64,000 nucleotides of DNA from Patescibacteria group bacterium (GCA_019745315.1 JAIETH010000002.1:98306-162305); one strand, 5' to 3'. Shown: positions 35,510 through 45,571, counted from the first letter of the stretch. Numbers and translations are program-made. The notes: a model not told the origin generated them from the letters alone.

Positions 35510-37165
35510 ATGGCTCAATTTGACGATCTTTCCCATAAAGTATCTGAACTCTACCGCACAGAGGAAGAGGAGCTCATGAAAGCCCTCTCGGTGCGATATG
35601 GACACCAATACATAAATCTTATGGGTGTAGTGATAAACACCGAGGCATTACGACTTATAGACGAAAAAACCGCCAAAATAGCAGAGTGTGCTGTTTTTGC
35701 GCGAAGCGCCACCAAACTATCTATAGCAGTACGAAATCCTAATAAAAAAGAAACTGTCGACCTGCTTCAATCTCTCAAAGAGCGGAATTTTTCTACACAA
35801 ATTTTTATGGCTTCAACCGGGAGTCTTTCCCATGCATGGGAAAGATATCACGACGTCGTCCCTGCAACAGCGAGCGAAAAAGGTGTGCTTGGTATTACCT
35901 CAGCAGAAATTGCACATATGGCTGAGACACTTACCACCGTCGCGGATGTGACCACGACAGTAAATAACCTCCAAATTAGTGACGGGCATCGCAACGTGTC
36001 TACTATTCTTACCGCACTTTTGGGAGGAGCTCTTTCGCTTGGTGCGTCTGACCTTCATGTTGAACCCGAAGAAGACACCACCCGTATCCGCTATCGACTT
36101 GATGGAGCATTGTTTGATATTTGTACTGTAGATACCCATTCATACTCACTTATTCGTGCACGACTCAAGCTACTTGCAGGACTGAAGTTAAATATTACAA
36201 ATCAAGCGCAAGATGGCCGCTTTACTATCGATGTAGGCTCTAAGCAGTACGAGATACGTCTTTCTGCTATACCTGGCGCATACGGAGAATCTATTGTTAT
36301 GCGTTTTCTTGACCCATCAAGCATTCAAGTCAAAATTGAAGACTTTGGCATTAATGAATATTTACTCCCTATCATCCACCGCGAATTAAAACGACCTGAA
36401 GGAATGATAATCACAACAGGTCCGACAGGGTCTGGAAAAACAACAACACTCTATACATTTTTACAAATGGTACACAATTCTGAGGTCAAAATTATCACAC
36501 TTGAAGATCCTATTGAATATCATCTCGATGGCGTTGTGCAAACCCAGATTGCCGACAAGTATTCCTTTGCCAGCGGCTTACGTTCTATTCTGCGCCAAGA
36601 CCCTGATGTAATTCTTGTAGGAGAAATTCGAGACAGCGAAGTAGCTGAAACCGCAATGAATGCCGCACTCACAGGACACCTTGTCTTTTCAACGCTTCAC
36701 ACAAACAGCGCAGCGGCAGCGTTCCCACGACTCCGCGATCTCGGCATTGACCCACGAACAATGGGGAGCGGACTCCACTTGGTTCTTGCGCAACGCTTAG
36801 TCCGAAAACTATGCCTTACATGCAGAAAAGAACGAGCGCTCGAAGAATCTGAGCGTGAACTGTTTACTCATATATTAGAAACATATCCGACCCACGTGTC
36901 ACTTGAAAATGCTCAGGTATTTGAGCCTGTAGGATGTCCAGCATGCGGAGGAAGCGGATACAAAGGACGAATGGGTGTATATGAAGGCATTTGTATTGAC
37001 GAGCAGGTAAGCGAAGTTTTACTTTCGGATATGCGAGAGCGCGCCATCATTGAAGCGGCTCAGCCACAAAAAATCCCCTCTCTTAAGCAAGATGGGGTTA
37101 TGAAAGTCCTCTCTGGAATTACAGCTCTTTCTGAGCTTGAAAAAGTCGTTGATTTACATGGATAA
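35510..37165 (+). CDS. pilB: Type IV pilus assembly ATPase PilB / GspE-family secretion ATPase
   Basis: MAQFDDL... start; GPTGSGKTTT Walker A; Asp box; His box (TLHTNSAAAA); tetra-Cys zinc site CLTCRK...CPACGGSGYKGR. Confidence 0.9.
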   Translation: MAQFDDLSHKVSELYRTEEEELMKALSVRYGHQYINLMGVVINTEALRLIDEKTAKIAECAVFARSATKLSIAVRNPNKKETVDLLQSLKERNFSTQIFMASTGSLSHAWERYHDVVPATASEKGVLGITSAEIAHMAETLTTVADVTTTVNNLQISDGHRNVSTILTALLGGALSLGASDLHVEPEEDTTRIRYRLDGALFDICTVDTHSYSLIRARLKLLAGLKLNITNQAQDGRFTIDVGSKQYEIRLSAIPGAYGESIVMRFLDPSSIQVKIEDFGINEYLLPIIHRELKRPEGMIITTGPTGSGKTTTLYTFLQMVHNSEVKIITLEDPIEYHLDGVVQTQIADKYSFASGLRSILRQDPDVILVGEIRDSEVAETAMNAALTGHLVFSTLHTNSAAAAFPRLRDLGIDPRTMGSGLHLVLAQRLVRKLCLTCRKERALEESERELFTHILETYPTHVSLENAQVFEPVGCPACGGSGYKGRMGVYEGICIDEQVSEVLLSDMRERAIIEAAQPQKIPSLKQDGVMKVLSGITALSELEKVVDLHG

Positions 37166-37276
37166 AAAAACTGATTTGAGCGTGCACATATATATAGCGT
37201 GCGGTCAATATTTCTCTTAAGGACGTATATGCTATAGTCGAAGAGAAGTGCTCTTTTGAGATGAAATCCAGAATAT

Positions 37277-37400
37277 AACCCTCTTTGCAAACCTTTTGAA
37301 TGAAAAGTGACAAACAACGCTAAGGTGTGCCCCAGTGATTTTTGCGTAAAGCAAAAGACCAAAGCATCCTCGTATAGTTGCCAACGTTGCAAAGAGGGTT
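37277..37400. other. Inverted repeat of about 15 nt (aaccctctttgcaaac ... gttgcaaagagggtt) enclosing about 92 nt in the 350-bp pilB-ruvB intergenic region. Candidate structured RNA or regulatory element.
   Basis: the two arms are perfect complements apart from a 1-nt bulge. Confidence 0.3.
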
Positions 37401-37521
37401 ATCGTCTGGATTAACGAAACCCGAGTATATAATTGTGGTGAGCGCCTTAAACCATAGTGGTATAAGGAAAGAAATTCCGATTTCAACCGGAAAGGAACAT
37501 ACACAAAAATATTAGCATGGA

Positions 37522-38502
37522 TTGATTTTTATGTCAAGTACTACACCAACCTCACATCTTGATCAAACACTCCGTCCCATTTTATGGGAAGAATATGTGG
37601 GTCAAAGTAAGGTTAAAGAAAACCTTAGAATCCTACTCACCGCCGCACGAGAACGCGGCCACGCAGCAGAACACATCCTCCTTTACGGACCCCCAGGACT
37701 AGGAAAGACGACCCTTGCCCACCTCATAGCACGAACACTTGGAACAAATATGCGCATAACGTCCGGACCAGCCATTGAGCGTGTTGGAGACCTTGCGGCA
37801 ATACTTACCAATCTTGCTCCTGGCGACGTACTTTTTATAGACGAGATACACCGACTCTCAAAATCAATTGAAGAAGTACTCTACCCTGCCATGGAATCTG
37901 GCGTACTCGATATTATTATAGGCAAAGGGCCATCAGCACGAACTGTTCAGCTTGATTTACCTCCATTCACCTTGGTGGCAGCAACAACGCGCATATCACT
38001 TCTCTCCGCCCCCCTTCGTTCTCGATTTTCGGGAGGAACCTTTCGTCTTGAGTTTTATTCAGATGATGAAATGATCACCATCCTTAAGAGATCGGCGTCT
38101 GTGCTTGGTATACCAGCGGACGATGTAGTTTTTTCTCATATTGCATCTCGAAGTCGTGCGACGCCGCGAACTGCAAACTACCTTCTCAAGCGATGCAGAG
38201 ATCTCGCACAACTTGAAGGAAGCGAACTGACTGCTTCTATCATCGACAGAACATTTGCACTTCTTGATATCGATACAAAAGGACTGCATGCACCGGACAG
38301 AGAGCTCTTGCGAACCATTATTGAGAAATTTAAAGGAGGGCCTGTCGGACTTAACACCCTGGCTGCAGCTCTAAGTGAAGAACAAGCGACTATTGAGGAT
38401 GTTATTGAGCCATATCTCCTTCGACTCGGTCTTATTGAACGAAGTCCTCGTGGTCGCATGGCAACCCATAAGGCATATGAACATCTAGAGCGTGAAGGAT
38501 AA
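37522..38502 (+). CDS. ruvB: Holliday junction DNA helicase RuvB
   Basis: GPPGLGKTTLA Walker A, DEIHRL Walker B, RuvB winged-helix C-terminus. Confidence 0.95.
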   Translation: MIFMSSTTPTSHLDQTLRPILWEEYVGQSKVKENLRILLTAARERGHAAEHILLYGPPGLGKTTLAHLIARTLGTNMRITSGPAIERVGDLAAILTNLAPGDVLFIDEIHRLSKSIEEVLYPAMESGVLDIIIGKGPSARTVQLDLPPFTLVAATTRISLLSAPLRSRFSGGTFRLEFYSDDEMITILKRSASVLGIPADDVVFSHIASRSRATPRTANYLLKRCRDLAQLEGSELTASIIDRTFALLDIDTKGLHAPDRELLRTIIEKFKGGPVGLNTLAAALSEEQATIEDVIEPYLLRLGLIERSPRGRMATHKAYEHLEREG

Positions 38503-38519
38503 ACCAAAAACTATTTAGT

Positions 38520-39059
38520 ATGTCGGGACACAATAAGTGGTCAAAAATAAAACACAAGAAGGCTGCAACTGACGCGCGTAAGAGTAAAGTTTTTACCAAA
38601 CATGCACGATCTATTGCTATAGAATCAAAAAAAGTTGACGGTAACAAGAATTCGCCAAGTCTTCGTGCCGCAATTGAGCGTGCACGAGCAGATTTAATGC
38701 CAAATGAAAATATAGAGCGAGCGATCTCAAAAGGAATAGGCGCTGATGTTGAAATAACTGAAGAAATTCTCTACGAAACATATGGTGGTGGAGGTGTAGG
38801 AATTTTAATAAGCACGATCACAGATAACAGAAACCGCACGAGCCAAGAGATAAAACACATTCTTTCAAAGTTTGGATATCAACTTGGTGTCCCTGGATCT
38901 GCTTCGTGGGCTTTCACAAAGCGTGAGAACGGTTTTGTTCCGAACGCCCCTATTGTTCTATCTGAAGAACAAGGAGAGAGTTTAGCACTCTTTGTTGAGG
39001 CGCTTGAGGAACATGACGATGTTCAAGATGTGTATACTACAGCAGATGATGCCTACTAA
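38520..39059 (+). CDS. yebC: YebC/PmpR-family DNA-binding regulator (short form)
   Basis: MSGHNKWSKIKHKKAATDARKSKVFTKHARSIAIE is the conserved YebC N-terminus. Confidence 0.8.
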   Translation: MSGHNKWSKIKHKKAATDARKSKVFTKHARSIAIESKKVDGNKNSPSLRAAIERARADLMPNENIERAISKGIGADVEITEEILYETYGGGGVGILISTITDNRNRTSQEIKHILSKFGYQLGVPGSASWAFTKRENGFVPNAPIVLSEEQGESLALFVEALEEHDDVQDVYTTADDAY

Positions 39060-39060
39060 T

Positions 39061-39531
39061 ATGCGCGTACTCGCCATAGATCCTGGATATGATCGACTTG
39101 GTGTTGCCGTTCTTGATAAAAACCTAAAGAATGGTGACCTTTTGTTTTCTACGTGTATTATCACTGAAAAAGCAGATGATTTTTCAGTGCGGATGAAACA
39201 TATTGCACACAAAGTAGAAAATTTACTCCTTACATACAAGCCGACCATCGTAGCGCTTGAGCGACTTTATTTTAATACGAATCAGAAGACTGCTTTACAG
39301 GTTGCAGAAGTACGGGGTGTTATGGTATATCTTGCAAAGACTCATTCATGCACCTTGGTCGAGTACACTCCACAAGAAATAAAGGTGGCAGTAACTGGCT
39401 ACGGTAAGAGTGATAAAAAGCAAGTTGCCTTTATGGTGAAGCGGCTTATCACTAACGTAAAAGAAGGGGCGCTTGATGATGAGTATGACGCAATTGCTAT
39501 AGGGATAACGGCTTTGGCACGCGAACGCTAG
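39061..39531 (+). CDS. ruvC: Crossover junction endodeoxyribonuclease RuvC
   Basis: MRVLAIDPGYDRLGVAVLD...; catalytic Asp/Glu positions, ALERLYF, DEYDAIAIGITA. Confidence 0.9.
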   Translation: MRVLAIDPGYDRLGVAVLDKNLKNGDLLFSTCIITEKADDFSVRMKHIAHKVENLLLTYKPTIVALERLYFNTNQKTALQVAEVRGVMVYLAKTHSCTLVEYTPQEIKVAVTGYGKSDKKQVAFMVKRLITNVKEGALDDEYDAIAIGITALARER

Positions 39532-39644
39532 AAGCGTAAACACATAACGCTCCCTATGTGGATGCATTATCCACATAGGAGGTTGTAAAGAAAAAAATTA
39601 CTACGTACACTCTCATACAACTACTAATAAGAAACGATATCGAC

Positions 39645-39944
39645 ATGCTTGCATTTGTACAACACGATGACGAAATAGAAGAAGAGATCGATGAAGACGA
39701 TCTCGTTCTTCCGGCTGAGGGGATTGAACTACCAGAGGAGGATGAGGAGGAGCTTGCTGAGGATGTTATCGACGGCCTCGGACTTGACCCAGCACTCATT
39801 GACGGCGACCTCGTAGAAGAGGTTGCAAAAGAGAAGCCTGTAGAGGATATTGATGCCCTTGATGAGCCACCAGCAGCATACGAAGAGGATGAAGATGGAG
39901 ATCTCGAAGGAGATTACGACTCATTTGATGATGAGGACGAATAA
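39645..39944 (+). CDS. Small highly acidic protein (about 45% Asp+Glu), hypothetical
   Basis: 99 aa MLAFVQHDDEIEEEIDEDDLV...; followed by a perfect 22-bp-arm terminator hairpin. The antisense Ser-rich ORF is rejected. Confidence 0.5.
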   Translation: MLAFVQHDDEIEEEIDEDDLVLPAEGIELPEEDEEELAEDVIDGLGLDPALIDGDLVEEVAKEKPVEDIDALDEPPAAYEEDEDGDLEGDYDSFDDEDE

Positions 39945-39979
39945 AAAAAGCCCCGTACGGGGCTTTTTTTATTCGTCCT
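39932..39979 (+). terminator. Strong terminator: 22-bp perfect inverted repeat with a GTAC loop and flanking A/T runs
   Basis: gaggacgaataaaaaaagcccc-gtac-ggggctttttttattcgtcctc. Confidence 0.85.
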
Positions 39980-39998
39980 CACTCTTTGGTTAGCATCA

Positions 39999-42221
39999 TT
40001 GACAATAGGGTTTACGCTAAGTATGGTACTATTTTACTTACATATGCATAAACTATCAGAGAAAACAAAGCAAAGAATCATACATATCGGCATAGATGTT
40101 GCCATTGGAGTAGGTGTGCTTGGACTACTTATCGGAGGAGTGCTTCTTTTATGGGTCTCTACCCTCGAAATCCCTGACCTATCAGCGTTCGAGCAGCGTC
40201 GCGTCCTCCAATCAACAAAGATATATGATCGCACAGGCGAGGTGCTTCTCTATGACCTTCATCAAGATGTCAAAAGAACAATTGTGCCGTATGAAGAAAT
40301 ATCGCGTCACATAAAGAACGCCACCGTTGCCATTGAGGACGACAGTTTCTTTGAGCATAGTGGTATTCGTCCCCTTTCTATAATTCGTGCAGTACTTGCA
40401 AACCTCCAGGGAGGAAACCTCCTCGGAGGACAGGGAGGATCAACCATAACTCAGCAAGTGATAAAAAACTCAGTACTCATGCAGGAAAAAACTCTTTCAC
40501 GGAAAGTAAAAGAGTGGATCCTCGCTTTGAAGCTCGAACGGGAATTAAGCAAGGATCAAATCCTTGGTCACTACCTCAATGAATCTCCGTACGGGGGAAC
40601 ACTGTATGGTGTGGAAGAAGCAAGCCGTGCTTTTTTTGGTAAATCCGCAAGCAACGTAACCTTGGCAGAAGCAGCGTATATCGCTTCCCTTCCCCAAGCG
40701 CCGACATATCTCTCTCCATACGGACAACACAGAGACGCCCTTGAGGCACGCAAAAATCTAACTCTCAAGCGCATGTATGAATTGGGGTCTATTACAGAAG
40801 AAGAATATAACGCCGCTCTTACTGAGGAGGTTTCCTTTAAAACTCAAATAACCACAGGGATCAGAGCCCCGCACTTCGTGTTTTATGTACGCGAATATCT
40901 TGCGCGAACATATGGCGAAGAACTACTTGCAGAGCGAGGGTTTAAGGTCATCACCACTCTTGACGCAGAACTTCAAGAAAAAGCCGAGGAGATAGTAAAG
41001 AAGTATGCTCTACAAAACGAAACTACCTATAATGCTGAAAATGCAGCACTCGTTGCCACAGATCCAAAAACTGGAGACATTTTGGTTATGGTTGGGTCAC
41101 GCGATTATTTTGATGAAAATATAGATGGTGAATACAACATCGCTCTTGCAAACCGTCAACCAGGGTCTTCTTTTAAACCTTTTGTGTACGCGACGGCTTT
41201 CAAAGAGGGTTATACTCCTGATACCGTAGTATTTGATCTTAAAACACAGTTTTCTACCAGCTGTGAACCCTCTTTCCTTGAAACAACTGACACCTGTTAC
41301 GCCCCTGGAAACTATGATGATGCATTCCGTGGGCCAATGTCTTTTAGAAATGCCCTTGCTCAATCAATAAACGTACCGGCTGTTAAGGCTCTTTATCTCG
41401 TAGGTATCTCTGACGCCATTAAAACTGCTCAAGATCTTGGAATAACTACCCTTGCGGATAAGGCGCGCTATGGGCTCACATTAGTACTTGGAGGTGGAGA
41501 GGTAAAGCTTTTAGAGATGGTTGGAGCATACGGAACATTTGCTAATGAGGGAGAGCGTAACGACGTCACTGGCATCCTTCGCATTGAGGACGCGAGCGGA
41601 AACATTGTTGAAGAACAAAAGCTTAATCCTCGTCGGATGATCGATCGGCAAGTAGCACTTCAAATCTCTGACGTGCTCTCTGACAATGCAGCACGCACAC
41701 CTTCGTATGGAGCAAGCTCCCCTCTTCATTTTCCTGGACGAGATGTGGCTGTAAAAACAGGAACGACGAACGACTATCGTGATACATGGATAGTAGGATA
41801 CACACCTACAATTGCGGTTGGTGCGTGGGCAGGAAATAATGATAATAGTTCAATGGCGAAAAAGGTTGCTGGTTTTATCGTTTCTCCTCTATGGCGTGAA
41901 TTTATGGACTTTGCCATAACAAAACGTCCTGACGAAAATTTTGCTGAGCCGGAAGCAACTCCTACCAACCTAAAACCTATATTGCGAGGCATATGGTTTG
42001 ACACAGACACTCTTTCTTCAAGAAGCGGAAGTATCCCTGACACCTCTCTCCAGAACACTATTTCTAGTGCACATGATATTTTGTACTTCGTAGACAAAGA
42101 CAATCCACAAGGACCTAACCCACGTAATCCAGAGAATGATCCTCAATTTTCATACTGGGAATACCCTGTTTCTTTGTGGAAGTCAGGGCTTATTGGTGCT
42201 TCACAAACAAGCGGAAACTAA
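39999..42221 (+). CDS. Class A penicillin-binding protein (PBP1A; glycosyltransferase plus transpeptidase)
   Basis: GT51 motifs (EDDSFFEHSGIRP, GGSTITQQV); transpeptidase SxxK (SSFKPF), SxN and KTGT motifs. Confidence 0.9.
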   Translation: MTIGFTLSMVLFYLHMHKLSEKTKQRIIHIGIDVAIGVGVLGLLIGGVLLLWVSTLEIPDLSAFEQRRVLQSTKIYDRTGEVLLYDLHQDVKRTIVPYEEISRHIKNATVAIEDDSFFEHSGIRPLSIIRAVLANLQGGNLLGGQGGSTITQQVIKNSVLMQEKTLSRKVKEWILALKLERELSKDQILGHYLNESPYGGTLYGVEEASRAFFGKSASNVTLAEAAYIASLPQAPTYLSPYGQHRDALEARKNLTLKRMYELGSITEEEYNAALTEEVSFKTQITTGIRAPHFVFYVREYLARTYGEELLAERGFKVITTLDAELQEKAEEIVKKYALQNETTYNAENAALVATDPKTGDILVMVGSRDYFDENIDGEYNIALANRQPGSSFKPFVYATAFKEGYTPDTVVFDLKTQFSTSCEPSFLETTDTCYAPGNYDDAFRGPMSFRNALAQSINVPAVKALYLVGISDAIKTAQDLGITTLADKARYGLTLVLGGGEVKLLEMVGAYGTFANEGERNDVTGILRIEDASGNIVEEQKLNPRRMIDRQVALQISDVLSDNAARTPSYGASSPLHFPGRDVAVKTGTTNDYRDTWIVGYTPTIAVGAWAGNNDNSSMAKKVAGFIVSPLWREFMDFAITKRPDENFAEPEATPTNLKPILRGIWFDTDTLSSRSGSIPDTSLQNTISSAHDILYFVDKDNPQGPNPRNPENDPQFSYWEYPVSLWKSGLIGASQTSGN

Positions 42222-42511
42222 ATGAGTGCTTGAGGGGTTTGCGACCCTAATTCTTCTGAGCACTTCTCAAGAATTTGTTTTTTTCTCAAAAGTAATTCTG
42301 TTTTAGCTGGACCAGAAAGAGTTATAGAGAGTGTTTTATTGTGTGCGTTATATCGCACATATTCTTTTTTTAGAGCAAAACCACATACTTCATATACGAC
42401 TTTTATACAAACCTGTACAACAGTACCTTGTGGGGCTTTAAGGTTTTTATATTTTAAAAGGAGGTTACCTACTGTTTGTATATTTTTTCCTCGAACACCT
42501 CCGTGATCCAT
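42218..42511 (-). CDS. DUF721/DciA-like small protein downstream of dnaN
   Basis: 97 aa; the conserved dnaN-adjacent position and a central PQGTVVQVC...LSITL region suggest the family. Low sequence certainty. Confidence 0.45.
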   Translation of the reverse strand: MDHGGVRGKNIQTVGNLLLKYKNLKAPQGTVVQVCIKVVYEVCGFALKKEYVRYNAHNKTLSITLSGPAKTELLLRKKQILEKCSEELGSQTPQALI

Positions 42512-42512
42512 A

Positions 42513-43607
42513 TTATTTATTCATCGGCATTACAAGGTAGCGAATGGTGTTTTCCCGTACACTCTCCATAACCATAGGCCTTCCTACGCCCGCAAAATGC
42601 ATCACAACGCTTTCTCCAGGCATATGTGCGAGTGGATCACTTAAATACTTCTGATTGAAGCTGAGGGCTAACTCTTCTCCTTCTAGAGATGCTGGCACCC
42701 TGCCCTCTGTTTTCCCTGACTCGCCTCCATCACTCGAGACCACAAGAGTATTCTGATTGAGGGTTAACTTCACCTGTAGAAACTTGTTTGCAAATAAGTT
42801 TGTCATTTTAAGCGCATGCTCGAGATCAGCACTCAACAGCGTGACATGCGAAACAAACTCTTTTGGAATAATTTGCACATAATCAGGAAAAGATCCTTCT
42901 GTGAGTCGTGTTGTTATATATGTTCCGTCTTTAAAATAAAATGCCATTTGACCCTCCCCAACCACACAATCAGGGTCAGAGCCCATAACCTCAAGGACTC
43001 GAGCAATTTCAAGAGCGTTTTTCTGAGGAATGAGAAGTGGGTTTTCAAGAGTTATATTTGACTGAGAAACTGTTTTTTCCACCAAACGAAATGAGTCTGT
43101 CGCAACAAACGTAAGACTTCGTTCTTTCTTTTGAGCAACATATACACTCCCCAACTCTGGCTTAATCGTCGATTGGGATGCAGCGAAGGCTACAGTCTTT
43201 ATACCAAGAGCAAACAGTGCTCCATCAAGTCGTTCTTTTTTTCCTTGCAACTCTGGTATATGAGGAAACTCTTGTGGTGGAAATACGTTTACGGTAGTTT
43301 GTGAACCTCGAGAGTTTATAACTAAAACCTCTCCATCTGTCTTCAGTGTAATAACGTCATCCTGCATAAGAGAGATCGTTTGAAGGAGAAGTGAACTTGG
43401 AACAGCAACAGTCCCTTCCTCAGAAACAACACCAGAAACGAGTGAGGTAATACCTATCTCTAAATTAGTTCCCGAAAAGAGGGCGCCATTCTCCACTGTT
43501 GTTATAGAGACACATTGAAGTATTGGAAGCGTAGGATGTTTTGTTGCGACTCGAGCTATAAGCTCTAGCTTTTTCAACAAGTCATTCTTTTTAATTTCTA
43601 TGTGCAT
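42513..43607 (-). CDS. dnaN: DNA polymerase III beta sliding clamp
   Basis: 364 aa, three-domain clamp; MHIEIKKNDLLKKLELIARV N-terminus; dnaA is adjacent. Confidence 0.9.
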   Translation of the reverse strand: MHIEIKKNDLLKKLELIARVATKHPTLPILQCVSITTVENGALFSGTNLEIGITSLVSGVVSEEGTVAVPSSLLLQTISLMQDDVITLKTDGEVLVINSRGSQTTVNVFPPQEFPHIPELQGKKERLDGALFALGIKTVAFAASQSTIKPELGSVYVAQKKERSLTFVATDSFRLVEKTVSQSNITLENPLLIPQKNALEIARVLEVMGSDPDCVVGEGQMAFYFKDGTYITTRLTEGSFPDYVQIIPKEFVSHVTLLSADLEHALKMTNLFANKFLQVKLTLNQNTLVVSSDGGESGKTEGRVPASLEGEELALSFNQKYLSDPLAHMPGESVVMHFAGVGRPMVMESVRENTIRYLVMPMNK

Positions 43608-43855
43608 AACTTTATTGTATCTTTTTAATTAAAAAATATTTTTACTATTAGGGGTGTTGATATGGGTATTTCTCTATAAAACGTTTTAAAATAAAGTCTT
43701 TTTACCCCCAGACTATTAGAGAGATGTGTAATTTGTATCCACAGACAGAAATATTTTTTTGCATGTGGGTATAACTACACCCTTTGGAGTACCTCTTTGT
43801 GTTGATAGGAACAATTTTTCCTACATATACACATGAGAAATCCACACCTTATCCC
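43608..43855. other. Candidate oriC: the dnaA-dnaN intergenic region carries DnaA-box-like 9-mers and an AT-rich unwinding stretch
   Basis: tgtatccaca, aaatccaca, ttatccctc and tgtgggtataa (reverse complement ttatacccaca), plus ttttaattaaaaaatatttttac. The rpmH-dnaA spacer (45254-45432) carries further boxes: tatcccaca, tgtgtatag, tctccacag. Confidence 0.6.
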
Positions 43856-45253
43856 TCACTTTAAAAGAGCACGAATCTGACCAAGTTCTTCTTCGAGGAG
43901 TGTATCCCCTTTTAAATCTTTTTTAATCTTTTCGCATGAGTGGATTACTGTAGTGTGATCTCTTCCTCCCATCTTTTGTCCGATGGCTGGGTACGATATT
44001 TGGAAATCTTCTCGAAGGATATACATAATGAGTTGTCGAGGCTTCACCACCTCTTTCCGACGAGTCTTCTCATAAATACTTTCAGGTTCAATATCAAAGA
44101 AGCGTGCTATTTTTTCAACAACATCTGCTACTGCAAGAGACTTACGTGGACGAGTGCTGTTTTTTATAAGAGATTTTACTTCGTCTATCTCAAGTGCGCG
44201 TCCAGAGAGCTGAGACTGACACATGATGGTGTTAAGTGCTCCTTCGAGCTCACGAATATTTCCCTCAATTGTTTGAGCAAGGTGTTCGATAACGCTCTCG
44301 GTAAGCATTATGTTGTTTTGTGCCGCCTTTGCACGAAGTATTGCTATGCGTGACTCAAAATCAGTGCGAGGTATATCAACAATCATTCCCTGCGCAAATC
44401 GTGACTGAAGACGCTCTTCCATGTTGTGCATAAGGCGCGGATGAACATCAGATGAAAACACAATCTGCTTGTTATTGTCGTGAAGCGCATTAAATAGATG
44501 AAAGAGCTCTTCTTGAGTTTTCTCCTTATTAGAGAGAAACTGCACATCGTCCATGATGAGTGTGTCGTACTGGCGGTACTTGTCCTTAAAGTTATTGGCG
44601 GTTCCGTTTTGAAGAGAGTTCATATAATCCACAGTAAAACGCTCGCTCGTGACGTAAAAAACTTTTTTCCCTTGTTTTTTAAGGTGGTTACCAATCGCTT
44701 GGATCAAGTGTGTCTTTCCGTGACCTGTAGGTCCATATATAAACAGTGGGTTGTAGGCTATTCCAGGCTCACGAGCAACTGTCTGAGCAGCTGCATGGGC
44801 AAGTTGATTAAATGGACCAACAACAAAACTCTGAAAGGTATATTTCGGATTAAGATTGTCGCTCTTATTTATGTAGTACTCCTCAAGAGGGAGCGCCGCA
44901 TTCACTGTTTGAGGCTTTACCTTATCTATTTTCTTGTCAGTGCGTGCAACAACCGTATATTCGACATTCCGCACATGGTGTGAAAGGTCGCGCAGTGTTT
45001 TTAGTATGAGGCTATGGAATTTATCGGAAAGCCAGTCACGTACAAACACACTTGGTACACCGAGGGTTATGGTCCCATCTTCGAAAGACACTATATGTGT
45101 ATCTCGGAACCACGTTTTAAAGTTAGCAGTTGATATTGAGAGCTCAATATTGACCAACGAATTGTCCCACAGCTGTTTTACATCAAGATATTCAGTACGA
45201 AGTGCATGTATTGAGGTTTGAGAAGAAGCATTCATACAAAAAGTCTTAAGCAT
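43856..45253 (-). CDS. dnaA: Chromosomal replication initiator DnaA. Start taken at MLKTFCMNASS, which is preceded by GGAGAG.
   Basis: GPTGHGKTHL Walker A, AAA+ box VII, C-terminal DnaA-box-binding HTH (YPAIGQKMGGRDHTTVIHSCEKI). The 94 upstream codons of the listed ORF fall in the AT-rich origin spacer. Confidence 0.9.
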   Translation of the reverse strand: MLKTFCMNASSQTSIHALRTEYLDVKQLWDNSLVNIELSISTANFKTWFRDTHIVSFEDGTITLGVPSVFVRDWLSDKFHSLILKTLRDLSHHVRNVEYTVVARTDKKIDKVKPQTVNAALPLEEYYINKSDNLNPKYTFQSFVVGPFNQLAHAAAQTVAREPGIAYNPLFIYGPTGHGKTHLIQAIGNHLKKQGKKVFYVTSERFTVDYMNSLQNGTANNFKDKYRQYDTLIMDDVQFLSNKEKTQEELFHLFNALHDNNKQIVFSSDVHPRLMHNMEERLQSRFAQGMIVDIPRTDFESRIAILRAKAAQNNIMLTESVIEHLAQTIEGNIRELEGALNTIMCQSQLSGRALEIDEVKSLIKNSTRPRKSLAVADVVEKIARFFDIEPESIYEKTRRKEVVKPRQLIMYILREDFQISYPAIGQKMGGRDHTTVIHSCEKIKKDLKGDTLLEEELGQIRALLK

Positions 45254-45432
45254 TATACTCTCCACAGTCTGCATGTAAACAGCTGAGCGTAAAAAATACA
45301 AAACTAGTGTGAAATAACGATATCCCACACCCAAAATAGATGACTGTGTACAACTCTGTGTATAGCTGTATATAAAAAAGCTCGTCAAGTACGGTGGTTG
45401 AAATATGTTTGTGTATGGTGTATTGTGTGCGC

Positions 45433-45570
45433 ATGTCAAAAAGAACCTATCAGCCAAAGAAGCGCAAGCGTGCAACCACCCACGGTTTCTTGGCGCGCAC
45501 AAAAACAGCAGGAGGAAAGGCTGTGCTTCAGGCACGTCGAAGAAAGGGACGAGCTAAATTAGCTGTCTAA
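45433..45570 (+). CDS. rpmH: 50S ribosomal protein L34
   Basis: [45 protein letters not shown], 45 aa. Below the ORF-track length cutoff, so not listed there. Confidence 0.95.
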   Translation: MSKRTYQPKKRKRATTHGFLARTKTAGGKAVLQARRRKGRAKLAV

Positions 45571-45571
45571 T

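Noticed and set aside
39554-39799. 81-aa Ser-rich minus-strand ORF
   Set aside because: It is antisense to the acidic-protein gene, since GAn/GAG repeats read as TCn on the other strand. The + strand gene has a proper terminator.
44934-45535. The N-terminal 94 codons of the 559-aa DnaA ORF, and the + strand ORF 44934-45221
   Set aside because: The region upstream of 45253 is an AT-rich origin spacer with DnaA boxes. The DnaA-like sequence starts at MLKTFC, which has a Shine-Dalgarno. The + ORF is antisense to dnaA.
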